Of a DNA stretch of 64,000 nt, positions 38,801 to 47,032 are shown one piece after another. The translations under genes and the position numbers were made by a program. Position 1 is the first letter of the stretch. Each line of letters opens with the position of its first letter. Below the pieces are notes generated by a model. That model worked only from the letters and a program-made list of their open reading frames with translations. It searched no databases and was not told where the DNA came from. The stretch is from an uncultured Oligoflexia bacterium (lineage in GTDB: Bacteria; Bdellovibrionota; UBA1018; CAZJVD01): assembly GCA_964549505.1 (NCBI GenBank), contig CAZJVD010000006.1, forward strand, positions 94,183 through 158,182, read 5' to 3'.

Positions 38801-39447
38801 GAATCGTGTTTCTCCTTTTTACTCGTTCCACGTCCGCTTTTCTTTCGCCCCAAGAGATCGGATATCTCAGGTGCTAGTTGTCCTTTTGCGATCAGAGCCC
38901 ACGGAACAGTAATGCTCAGATCGTCTGTTAAACGTAAAACCGGTCCCGTCGCACTGGCGCTATCCAGCGTTCCTGTGAGGCTCCGTTGTTTGTGGACGCG
39001 CTTTTCCGAATCCGCGCCGATCTCACTGGCTTCGAGCGGCCGAAAAAGTTGCACCTTAATGCGTGTTCCACAGAAACGTTCGTAGTCACGGCGCTCACGG
39101 AGAGGGCGGTCGACACCCGGCGAAGAAACTTCAAGCGAATACGTACCCGCAAACAGATCCGTCATGAAGGTCCAGGTTTCCATGGGTTCGTCGATGAGGC
39201 GCGACACTTTCGCGCAGTCGTCAATTGAAACAGCTGGTGAAACAGCTGGCGAAACAGCTGGTGAAACAGCCGAGGTCGCTTCGCTGCTCTGAGCGTTCGT
39301 CGCTGACCGCTCAATAGTCACGACCAGACGCGCCTCAGGCTTAGGAAAAACCTTAGCTTCTACAAGCTCATAGCCTTCCGGCGCGATCAGACTGCGGATC
39401 GCGGTTTCGAGGTTGGCGAGGGCGATTTGTGATTTCGTCTGGGACAT
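38797..39447 (-). CDS. rimP: ribosome maturation factor RimP (with an internal SPAV repeat insertion)
   Basis: Start trimmed to MSQTKSQIALANLETAIRSLIAPEGYELVEAKV. IDDCAKVSRLIDEPME block. The stop overlaps the nusA start. Confidence 0.85.
   Translation of the reverse strand: MSQTKSQIALANLETAIRSLIAPEGYELVEAKVFPKPEARLVVTIERSATNAQSSEATSAVSPAVSPAVSPAVSIDDCAKVSRLIDEPMETWTFMTDLFAGTYSLEVSSPGVDRPLRERRDYERFCGTRIKVQLFRPLEASEIGADSEKRVHKQRSLTGTLDSASATGPVLRLTDDLSITVPWALIAKGQLAPEISDLLGRKKSGRGTSKKEKHDS
39227..39271. repeat. 12-bp tandem repeat (3 full copies plus a 9-nt partial) inside rimP
   Basis: Plus strand reads GAAACAGCTGGT GAAACAGCTGGC GAAACAGCTGGT GAAACAGCC. On the coding strand it encodes (A)VSPAVSPAVSPAVS. 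Confidence 0.9.
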
Positions 39448-39465
39448 GATCCTATCGATTTCCCC

Positions 39466-39491
39466 AAAAAAAAGGTGGGCCTTAGCCCACC
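39466..39491 (-). terminator. intrinsic terminator in the leader of the rimP-nusA-infB operon
   Basis: Minus strand: GGTGGGC-taag-GCCCACC followed by eight U. The U-tract ends 18 nt upstream of the rimP ATG. The plus strand has no T-tract, so the element is strand-specific. Confidence 0.7.
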
Positions 39492-39568
39492 CAAAAGTGA
39501 TTGAGTTAGCTAGGGTACTTACCATATCTAAGAGGGGAGCGGAGAACTTTTTGCCGGGCGCTCTAAAC

Positions 39569-39597
39569 TTGACAATAACATTCGGGGTTGATGCAAT
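39569..39597 (+). promoter_or_regulatory. sigma70-like promoter candidate for the cytochrome c gene
   Basis: TTGACA, a 17-nt spacer, then TGCAAT preceded by TGa (extended -10). The ATG at 39607 lies only 9 nt downstream with no SD, which suggests a leaderless or near-leaderless mRNA. Confidence 0.35.
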
Positions 39598-39606
39598 AAC
39601 GTAAGC

Positions 39607-40383
39607 ATGGCTCTTTGTGAGCACCTTCTCAAAAGACACCTTCCGGCATCCCTCATCCTTCTTTTGGTGGCGAGCATTGTATCGGCCGCTGACGTCGTGC
39701 CCGTCTCCGATGTCCGGGTGGTGTGGAAGTTCGCCACTCGGGAACAGCCGCTCGTAGCGGCTAAAGACTTAGCGGCTCTCACAAAACCCCGCTCTGTGGG
39801 TGAATGGGTCCAGACCGCTATCGGGACACTTTCCAATGCGGATCAGGCGACGATCGACCTTCTGATCTTTCGTGATCAGGCCGGCCGCAGTCTTGAGGTT
39901 CCGCGCGCGTTTGCGCAACGTCAGGGTGTGCAGTTCGTTCGTGAAAGAAGTGAGCTTGCCATTGTCCCCACGCAGCTTCAGCGTTCGCGCAGTCCCAGTA
40001 GTTCCGGAGCCGATGTTTTGCCGTGGAGTCATTATCGAATGTCGGGCATTCGCGAGATCGTCCTAACGAACTATCGGAGTTACTACGAACCCCGATTCTT
40101 CGTGGTCACACGGAGTGATCCGTCGGTCATACGGGGTGAGAAGCGTTTCCTAGTGTCCTGCCTCGGGTGCCACGCCGGTGTTCAAGGTGGCGGACCTGCT
40201 CAGGCAGGCGAGCTGCTACGTAAAATCTCCGAGTTCGCTCGGAAGGGCGGTCGCCCAACCGATCTCGATCAGCGCCATCAAAAAATTGACGGTTTTCCGC
40301 CGTATGCGGCGCTCGATTTCCGATCGGTTCTAAAGTACGCGGCCGAAATCGGCGATCTTCCGCCCCAAGTCGCTCAACATTAA
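39607..40383 (+). CDS. secreted mono-haem c-type cytochrome family protein
   Basis: Signal peptide (LPASLILLLVASIVSAADV) and a single CxxCH motif (SCLGCHAG). Confidence 0.6.
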   Translation: MALCEHLLKRHLPASLILLLVASIVSAADVVPVSDVRVVWKFATREQPLVAAKDLAALTKPRSVGEWVQTAIGTLSNADQATIDLLIFRDQAGRSLEVPRAFAQRQGVQFVRERSELAIVPTQLQRSRSPSSSGADVLPWSHYRMSGIREIVLTNYRSYYEPRFFVVTRSDPSVIRGEKRFLVSCLGCHAGVQGGGPAQAGELLRKISEFARKGGRPTDLDQRHQKIDGFPPYAALDFRSVLKYAAEIGDLPPQVAQH

Positions 40384-40410
40384 AAAAATATAAAAACAAA
40401 AAAGTGAAAA

Positions 40411-40437
40411 CGCGCTCGAAGCGCGCACTCTTATTTT
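40411..40437 (+). terminator. intrinsic terminator candidate after the cytochrome c gene
   Basis: CGCGCT-cga-AGCGCG stem followed by cactcTTATTTTc, about 30 nt after the stop. Confidence 0.45.
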
Positions 40438-40563
40438 CAAGCTTATAAATTTAAAAACCGAGCACGAAGCATTGTGTGCAAAATTCTGACGTTCTAAACT
40501 CATGCTACTTAGTCGGTGCAGTACCCGTAGTTAAACGATGTTGAATTGGGGAGGAACAACGGA

Positions 40564-41475
40564 ATGTTCAATCTGCGTGCTCGATTTCTGACTCTTGGAG
40601 GAGTCTTGTTGGCGACGACCGGTTTTGCGCAAACGCTTCCAGATAATGATCTTTATCTAGAGGATAGCCCGGAAGAAGTGGTCAATATGACCGAAGCGGA
40701 GTTCAACGACATAGTGAACGAAATTGTCGATCACTATAAACCCTTGGCAGAAGCCCAAGGTGGAAACCTTACCGCGGAAAACAACTGGGCGGATTCCACG
40801 GTGAACGCCTATGCGAACCAGAGTGGGGGCGAGTGGTCGATTCACATGTTCGGCGGTCTTGCTCGTCGTCCTGAAGTGACGAAAGACGGATTCGCGATGG
40901 TGGTCTGTCATGAGCTCGGCCATCACTTCGGCGGACACTACTTTCATAAAACCTGGTGGGGTGTTTCATGGGCTGCATGCGAAGGTCAGTCCGACTACTT
41001 TGCAACACATGCGTGCGCACGCGAGGTTTGGAAAGACCGCGCGTTTGAAAATGAGTTAGCCGCGGCTGATGTCGATGCTGCTGCTCAGGACAAGTGCGAC
41101 GCCGCTTGGGAAACCTCGGAAGATCGCAACCTCTGCTACCGCATAACAATGGCTGGTAAGTCTCTGGCCACGTTGCTCGGCGCTTTGAGCAATGGAACAA
41201 CGCCACCTGAGTTCGATACTCCAGATCCGAGGAAGGTCACACAAACGGACACGAAACACCCGAAAGCTCAGTGTCGCTTGGATACGTACTTCCACGGTGC
41301 GCTCTGCGGAAAACAGTACGATTCGAGTGTGATCCCAGCAAAAGACATGGGTGACCAAGCCAACACTCGCGAAGGCGAAGAAGCATCGAATGGACCCAAC
41401 GCTTATTGCAGCCGCGAAGATCAAGATGGAATAGCGGCTCGCCCGGCTTGCTGGTTTGCCTCCCAGATCAAGTAG
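40564..41475 (+). CDS. secreted Cys-rich zinc metalloprotease (HExxH)
   Basis: Start trimmed to ATG 40564 (GGAGG 9 nt upstream). Signal peptide. VVCHELGHHFGGH zinc-binding motif and many paired Cys residues. Confidence 0.65.
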   Translation: MFNLRARFLTLGGVLLATTGFAQTLPDNDLYLEDSPEEVVNMTEAEFNDIVNEIVDHYKPLAEAQGGNLTAENNWADSTVNAYANQSGGEWSIHMFGGLARRPEVTKDGFAMVVCHELGHHFGGHYFHKTWWGVSWAACEGQSDYFATHACAREVWKDRAFENELAAADVDAAAQDKCDAAWETSEDRNLCYRITMAGKSLATLLGALSNGTTPPEFDTPDPRKVTQTDTKHPKAQCRLDTYFHGALCGKQYDSSVIPAKDMGDQANTREGEEASNGPNAYCSREDQDGIAARPACWFASQIK

Positions 41476-41621
41476 GCCAGTCGGTCGTCAAACCCCAGTC
41501 GGTTGGTTCTCATAAGGAACCGAAGGTGGGGTCATTATGATACTAAAAGGGGTCGGTTGGGAATGATACGAGTTCCTCAGTCGGCCCCAGACTGCGTACA
41601 GACTCTTATAACGATGGCACG

Positions 41622-41654
41622 GACCTCGCTCTAGTGTTCTACGAGGTCAGTTTT
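41622..41654 (+). terminator. hairpin plus short T-run (first of two tandem terminator-like elements)
   Basis: GACCTCG, a 13-nt loop, CGAGGTC, then agTTTTgg. Confidence 0.35.
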
Positions 41655-41668
41655 GGGGGACTTCAAAT

Positions 41669-41713
41669 GGGGTGTCGCTTCTCAAACGGGGGTAGAGGTG
41701 GCACCCCTTTTTT
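41669..41713 (+). terminator. strong intrinsic terminator closing the 41476-41713 noncoding transcript/3'UTR
   Basis: About 14 bp of G/C-rich stem (GGGGTGTCGCTTCT / AGAGGTGGCACCCC, with some G-U pairs) followed by TTTTTT. Confidence 0.65.
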
Positions 41714-41723
41714 CGCGCCCATT

Positions 41724-41752
41724 TTGTGTGCCGCTGCGCGTTGTGATAGAGT
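41724..41752 (+). promoter_or_regulatory. sigma70-like promoter candidate for the OlsF-like gene
   Basis: TTGTGT, a 17-nt spacer, then TAGAGT preceded by TGa. The GTG start at 41762 lies 9 nt downstream with no SD. Confidence 0.3.
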
Positions 41753-41761
41753 TCAGGTATC

Positions 41762-43282
41762 GTGAAACTTCTTCACCAAGCTAATACCGCTATGCGGGGC
41801 ATCGGTCGAAGCCTCATCAAGCAAGCGCTGCGGGCGGGACGGCATATCTCGCATCCCGCAGCGATTCATTTTACAGCTGACGCGGCTCCCGTCGCACTGC
41901 CCGAATCCGGTCCGTTGGTGATTGTCGGATCGGTGCCGACGCATTGGGCACAGGCCGTTGCCGTTTTGCGCTGGGCACTCAAGCATCGGGACGATGTACG
42001 GATTTGGGCCGGGGATCTTCCGTGGTCACGCGAGATCGCCTGGTACCGACAAGGACTGAAGAGTGACAGTGACGCTACAGCGTGGCTGTCGCAGGGAAAG
42101 TGTTTGATTGTGTTTGGCTGGCTCCCCGTGGTCGAAAAGTCGGTGGGGCATTTTATTACCGAATCGATGGCGAGCGCGGCACTTCTCTACTTTGAATCGA
42201 ATGAGCGCAAGGACGTGCATGTTGGCCCGATCTATGTTCCAACGATCTCCGATCCTCTGAAACTCACGCGGTATCTTTCACTGCGCTCCGGTCTTTACAT
42301 GCGCGCAAAACGGGGTGGAGCGCCCCGGCGGCTCGCACGATTGAAGCCGCTGATTGAAGCGACTGAGGCGAGTCGTCTTCAGAGTGAAGTCGAAACACTT
42401 CGTAGAGATCACGGGGGTCCACTTGCGACGAATGGAGCTGGTCATGAGTTCTATATCGCCGGAGCCCATGAGATTTCTGGGGTTCTGAGGGAAATCACAC
42501 GCCTGCGCGAAATGACGTACCGATCCGAGGGTGAGGGGTCGGGCGAACCGCAAGACACCGACAGCTGTGATCCTCTTTATCAGCATCTTTTTCTTTGGGA
42601 TCCAGCCCGTCGCCAGATTATTGGAGCGTCACGAATTCGTGTGATCGATCAGGGAGCTATCGCTGAGGGAGCGCGCGGCATTTACTCCCTCAGTCTTTTT
42701 GATTTTGGCCGTGTGCTCACATCCTTGGGCGAATCGGGAAAAGTGTTCGATATGGGTCGGACGTTCGTTGTCGAAGCGTACCAGCGCGACACTTCGCAAC
42801 CGCTCAAACTGATGTGGCGAGGTATCGCCGAGTTCTTGTCTCGAAATCCCGATGTCCGGTACGGATTTGGGGTTGTCAGCATGAGCGGTACGTTCAGCCC
42901 TGTTTCGGTTCAGCTCTTACGACGCTTCTATCGAGCGGATGTGCGGGATGCTGTGGCTGCGGTCAAGCCCTCTCCCATGCCCGGCGTTTTGTCGGACGAC
43001 GAGCTCGAAGACCTTTTCCATGGCATTCGTGATTCGAACGATCTCAATGAACACCTTGCGCTGACGGAGCCCATGGGTCGGACGGCGCCACCGCTGTTTG
43101 ACTATTACGCATCTCTACTGGGCGGTAAGTTCTTAGGTTTCACGTATGATGCAGAGTTTAACTCCTACGACAGCCTCGTGCTCGTCGATTTCGCGAAAAC
43201 CGACCCCAAGATCCTGAGATTCTTCATGGGACGCGAAAAAGCGCTCGCCTATCGTAAGCACCACGCCCTAACACCATCCTAA
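41762..43282 (+). CDS. OlsF-like two-domain acyltransferase: degenerate PlsC-like N-domain plus OlsB/'hemolysin'-type GNAT N-acyltransferase C-domain
   Basis: The C-terminal half (YRSEGEGSGEPQDTDSCDPLYQHLFLWDPARRQIIGASRIRVI..) fits the Acetyltransf_5/OlsB family. The N-terminal ~190 aa follow the PlsC pattern, but the HX4D box reads SVPTHWAQAV and the FPEGT box reads FGWLPV. Confidence 0.55.
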   Translation: MKLLHQANTAMRGIGRSLIKQALRAGRHISHPAAIHFTADAAPVALPESGPLVIVGSVPTHWAQAVAVLRWALKHRDDVRIWAGDLPWSREIAWYRQGLKSDSDATAWLSQGKCLIVFGWLPVVEKSVGHFITESMASAALLYFESNERKDVHVGPIYVPTISDPLKLTRYLSLRSGLYMRAKRGGAPRRLARLKPLIEATEASRLQSEVETLRRDHGGPLATNGAGHEFYIAGAHEISGVLREITRLREMTYRSEGEGSGEPQDTDSCDPLYQHLFLWDPARRQIIGASRIRVIDQGAIAEGARGIYSLSLFDFGRVLTSLGESGKVFDMGRTFVVEAYQRDTSQPLKLMWRGIAEFLSRNPDVRYGFGVVSMSGTFSPVSVQLLRRFYRADVRDAVAAVKPSPMPGVLSDDELEDLFHGIRDSNDLNEHLALTEPMGRTAPPLFDYYASLLGGKFLGFTYDAEFNSYDSLVLVDFAKTDPKILRFFMGREKALAYRKHHALTPS

Positions 43283-43373
43283 CGTGCTGAAGGGAGGGGT
43301 AGGTCGGTATAACCAGACCGAACAATTGGATGCGCGGCGGGAATCCATGACCAACAGAACAGTAGGAGTTTCT

Positions 43374-44381
43374 ATGAAAACTGTACTCAGTACCAGTGCT
43401 GTCTTTTTCACCATGCAGAGTTTTGTCGCGTTAACGGCGATGGCCGACTCTTCCGTCGTTAAGATCGATGGATCAAGCACGGTGTACCCGCTCACCGAAG
43501 CGGTTGCCGAAGATTTTCAGATCACGCATCACGAGACGAAAGTAACAGTCGGTATCTCTGGAACCGGCGGCGGTTTTAAGAAGTTCTGTCGTGGCGAAAC
43601 GGACATTCAGGACGCTTCGCGACCGATCACGAAGGAAGAGATGGCTGTGTGTCGTGAGAACAGCGTTACGTATTTCGAATTTCCAATTGCGTTTGATTCG
43701 ATCACGGTTGTTGTTAGCCCTAAGAATACGTGGTTGAAAGAAGTCAGCGTCGCGGATCTGAAAAAGATCTGGGAACCGGCCGCTCAAGGAAAAATAACAA
43801 AGTGGAATCAGGTGCGAGCCGAGTGGCCAGACGCCCCGATCAAGCTCTATGGTGCGGGTTCGGATTCAGGAACGTTTGATTACTTCACCGAAGCCGTCGT
43901 TGGAAAAGCAAAGGCCAGTCGCGGTGACTACACGGCGAGCGAAGATGACAATACACTCGTGCAGGGGATTAAAGACGATAAGAATGCGCTCGGATACATT
44001 CCGTACGCTTACTTCGAGGCGAACAAGAGCAAGCTTCGAGCAGTCGGCATCGTCGGTGGAGAAAAGGCGCCCAAGAAAGTCGCCATCATGCCAACGAAAG
44101 CATCGGTGATTGATGGAACCTACTTTCCACTGTCGCGACCGATCTTTATCTATGTGAGCGCAAAGTCTGCGACCCGCCCCGAGATCAGAAACTTTACGGA
44201 GTTCTATCTTAAGAACATTGCCAAGCTCGCGGATCAAGTGAAGTACGTCGCTCTGCCGCCGAAGGCCTACACACTCGGACTGAAGCATTTCAAAGACGGC
44301 AAGCTCGGAACAAAGTTTGGTGGCGAACCGAAAATCGGTCTGCGTATCGAGGAGATTCTAAAACTTGAGGCCACCCTCTAA
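43374..44381 (+). CDS. pstS: phosphate ABC transporter substrate-binding protein PstS
   Basis: Start trimmed to ATG 43374 (AGGAG 5 nt upstream). Signal peptide. IDGSSTVYPLTEAVAEDF and GISGTGGGFKKFCRGETDIQDASRPI. Confidence 0.9.
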   Translation: MKTVLSTSAVFFTMQSFVALTAMADSSVVKIDGSSTVYPLTEAVAEDFQITHHETKVTVGISGTGGGFKKFCRGETDIQDASRPITKEEMAVCRENSVTYFEFPIAFDSITVVVSPKNTWLKEVSVADLKKIWEPAAQGKITKWNQVRAEWPDAPIKLYGAGSDSGTFDYFTEAVVGKAKASRGDYTASEDDNTLVQGIKDDKNALGYIPYAYFEANKSKLRAVGIVGGEKAPKKVAIMPTKASVIDGTYFPLSRPIFIYVSAKSATRPEIRNFTEFYLKNIAKLADQVKYVALPPKAYTLGLKHFKDGKLGTKFGGEPKIGLRIEEILKLEATL

Positions 44382-44391
44382 CGAAATCACA

Positions 44392-45354
44392 ATGACGGTT
44401 CCGGCAGAATCCGACCCTCCTCGGCGGCGCCGGCGAAGCGACGGAAGTCTCGTGCGTCGTGCGCGCAGCAAGTGGCTGCGCGACCTCAGTGAAAAGACGA
44501 TCGAGTTACTGTTACTTGCGGCAGCGCTTGTCTCGATCGTCGCAACGGTTGGGATCGTGTGGGTGCTCGTCAAAGAATCGCTTCCGTTCTTTGAGCATGT
44601 GAGTGTCCGTGAGTTTTTGACGGGTCGGGTGTGGACGCCGCTGTTTTCCGAACCGAGTTACGGTGTTCTGCCACTCTTGTGCGGAACGCTTGTCACAACG
44701 TTTGTTGCTCTCGGGCTCGCGATTCCCGTGGGAACCGTGGCCGCTATTTTTCTAAGCGAGTACGCTCCCGTTCGCTTGCGCGAAGGTGTGAAACCCGTTC
44801 TCGAGCTTCTCAGCGCCGTTCCAACTGTCGTGTACGGTTACTTTGCGCTCTTGTTTGTGACCCCAGCGCTCCAGCGCGTCTTCCCGGATCTACCGAGCTT
44901 CAATATGTTGGGAGCGGGTCTTGTGATGGGCGTTATGATTATTCCCTACGTTTCGTCACTCTCAGAAGATGCGATGCGTGCTGTCCCGATGGATCTGCGT
45001 GAGGGCTCGTTTGCCATGGGGGCCACACGTCTTCAGACGTCGTTCAAAGTGGTCGTCCCATCGGCGTTTTCTGGAATCACAGTCGCGTATATCTTAGCAA
45101 TCTCTCGAGCTGTGGGTGAAACGATGGTGGTGGCTATTGCGGCGGGGATGCAGCCGAGTTTCACGCTCGATCCACGAGAACCCGCTGCGACGATCACAGC
45201 TTTCATTGTGCAAGTATCTCTCGGCGATCTCCCGCATGGGACGGTCGGTTATCAGTCGATTTTTGTCGTGGGCCTCACGCTCATGTGTGTGACGTTTCTG
45301 TTCAATGTCATCGGACATTGGCTTCGAAAGCGATTCCGGGAAACTTACTCATGA
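44392..45354 (+). CDS. pstC: phosphate ABC transporter permease PstC
   Basis: Polytopic permease with the EAA-type loop (..SLSEDAMRAVPMDLREGSFAMGATRLQT..). Second gene of the pst operon. Confidence 0.9.
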   Translation: MTVPAESDPPRRRRRSDGSLVRRARSKWLRDLSEKTIELLLLAAALVSIVATVGIVWVLVKESLPFFEHVSVREFLTGRVWTPLFSEPSYGVLPLLCGTLVTTFVALGLAIPVGTVAAIFLSEYAPVRLREGVKPVLELLSAVPTVVYGYFALLFVTPALQRVFPDLPSFNMLGAGLVMGVMIIPYVSSLSEDAMRAVPMDLREGSFAMGATRLQTSFKVVVPSAFSGITVAYILAISRAVGETMVVAIAAGMQPSFTLDPREPAATITAFIVQVSLGDLPHGTVGYQSIFVVGLTLMCVTFLFNVIGHWLRKRFRETYS

Positions 45355-46271
45355 GCGCGCGCACGACCGACTATCGTAAGAACGTCATACGTCGTAAGCG
45401 TTGGGATGCGTGCTTTGCCGCGCTTGGGGTCGGCGTCCTAGTCATGGCTCTTTTCGTGTTGCTCGCATTGATCGGAGATCTGGCGTTTCGTGGTCTGCCA
45501 CGAATTGATTTTAGCTTTCTAACCTCGTTCCCGTCGCGGTTTCCGGAGAAGGCGGGAGTTCTGTCGGCGTGGATCGGTAGCCTTTTAGTGATGACGGTAA
45601 CAGCACTCGTTGCGATTCCGATCGGTGTCGCTGCCGGCATCTATCTCGAAGAGTACGCACCTAAAAATCGTCTGACGACACTGATCGAACTCAACATCTC
45701 CAACTTGGCTGGCGTTCCGTCGATCGTCTTTGGTCTCATGGCTTTAGGCCTTTTCGTTTATCAATTTGGCTTAGGTCAGAGCATCCGAACGGCGGGCATG
45801 ACCTTAGGACTGCTGGTTCTTCCTATTGTGATCGTTACGACACGTGAGGCGTGTCGAGCGGTTCCCGGCAGTATGCGCGAAGCCGCGTATGCACTCGGTT
45901 CCACGCGCTGGCAGGTTGTGCGCGATCACGTCCTTCCATATTCGTGGGGCGGAATTCTTACCGGAATCATTATCGCCCTCTCGCGCGCCATCGGTGAGAC
46001 GGCGCCGCTCGTGACCGTGGGTGCGCTCACGTTCATCGCTTTTCTTCCCAAGACTCCCGTGGTTCAAGAGTTTCCTTTTATCTCGTTCGAATGGTTGAAG
46101 GATCCGTTCACGGTGATGCCGATCCAGATGTTCAACTGGGTCTCTCGCCCTCAAGAAGAGTTTCACGTCAACGCAGCAGGGGCTGGCGTAATATTGCTCG
46201 GCATGACATTGCTCATGAACGCTGCCGCCATAGCGGTGCGGCACCGATTCAGAAAGCGAATCAAATGGTAG
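45351..46271 (+). CDS. pstA: phosphate ABC transporter permease PstA
   Basis: Its ATG overlaps the pstC stop (ATGA). Permease with ..[26 protein letters not shown]... Confidence 0.9.
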   Translation: MSARTTDYRKNVIRRKRWDACFAALGVGVLVMALFVLLALIGDLAFRGLPRIDFSFLTSFPSRFPEKAGVLSAWIGSLLVMTVTALVAIPIGVAAGIYLEEYAPKNRLTTLIELNISNLAGVPSIVFGLMALGLFVYQFGLGQSIRTAGMTLGLLVLPIVIVTTREACRAVPGSMREAAYALGSTRWQVVRDHVLPYSWGGILTGIIIALSRAIGETAPLVTVGALTFIAFLPKTPVVQEFPFISFEWLKDPFTVMPIQMFNWVSRPQEEFHVNAAGAGVILLGMTLLMNAAAIAVRHRFRKRIKW

Positions 46272-47032
46272 GCGAGATCAAAGCCGAAGTAAAAAATCTC
46301 TGCTTCTGGTACGGCACTTCGCAAGCCGTGAAGGACGTGTCGCTTTCGATCGAGAAAAATCGTGTCGTCGCTCTCATCGGCCCTTCGGGTTGCGGGAAGA
46401 CGACGTTGTTGCGTTGTTTTAACCGCATGCATGATCTTTATCCGGGCAATCATTCGACCGGTCAGATTATTCTTCGTCCCGGTGATACCAATATCTTAGG
46501 TCGAGACATTGATCCTATTGAAGTTCGAATGCGCTTTGGGATGGTTTTTCAGAAGCCGAACCCCTTTCCAAAGTCTGTCTTCGAGAACGTTGCCTATGGA
46601 CTTCGGATTCGTGGCACGCGTGATTCGCGCGAGATCAAAGAAAAAGTCGAGATCGCCTTACGAGATGCCGCGCTTTGGGAAGAGGTCAAAGACCGTTTGG
46701 ACTCTGTAGCGTCGCGGCTTTCCGGTGGGCAACAGCAGCGCCTCTGTATCGCGCGCGCACTGGCGACCGATCCCGATATTTTGCTTCTCGACGAACCGAC
46801 CTCAGCACTGGATCCGATTGCGACGGCCAAGATCGAAGAGCTGGTTACGAAGCTCAAAGAACGCATGACGATTGTGATTGTCACGCACAACATGCAGCAG
46901 GCCGGGCGGATTTCCGATTATACGGCGTTTATGTACATGGGTGAGTTGGTTGAGTTTGACCGAACGGACAAGCTCTTTCTAAATCCAACCAAGAAACTGA
47001 CCGAGGAATACATTACGGGTCATTTTGGTTAG
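46265..47032 (+). CDS. pstB: phosphate ABC transporter ATP-binding protein PstB
   Basis: Start trimmed to [12 protein letters not shown]. Walker [10 protein letters not shown], signature LSGGQQQR and Walker [12 protein letters not shown]. No phoU follows. Confidence 0.9.
   Translation: MVGEIKAEVKNLCFWYGTSQAVKDVSLSIEKNRVVALIGPSGCGKTTLLRCFNRMHDLYPGNHSTGQIILRPGDTNILGRDIDPIEVRMRFGMVFQKPNPFPKSVFENVAYGLRIRGTRDSREIKEKVEIALRDAALWEEVKDRLDSVASRLSGGQQQRLCIARALATDPDILLLDEPTSALDPIATAKIEELVTKLKERMTIVIVTHNMQQAGRISDYTAFMYMGELVEFDRTDKLFLNPTKKLTEEYITGHFG

Noticed and set aside
41714-41761. Pho box upstream of the OlsF-like gene, and likewise at 43283-43373 upstream of pstS
   Set aside because: I see only loose TTGTGT/TTGTGA repeats at the wrong spacing (17 bp, not 11). 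Nothing resembles CTGTCAT-n4-CTGTCAT, so I make no claim.
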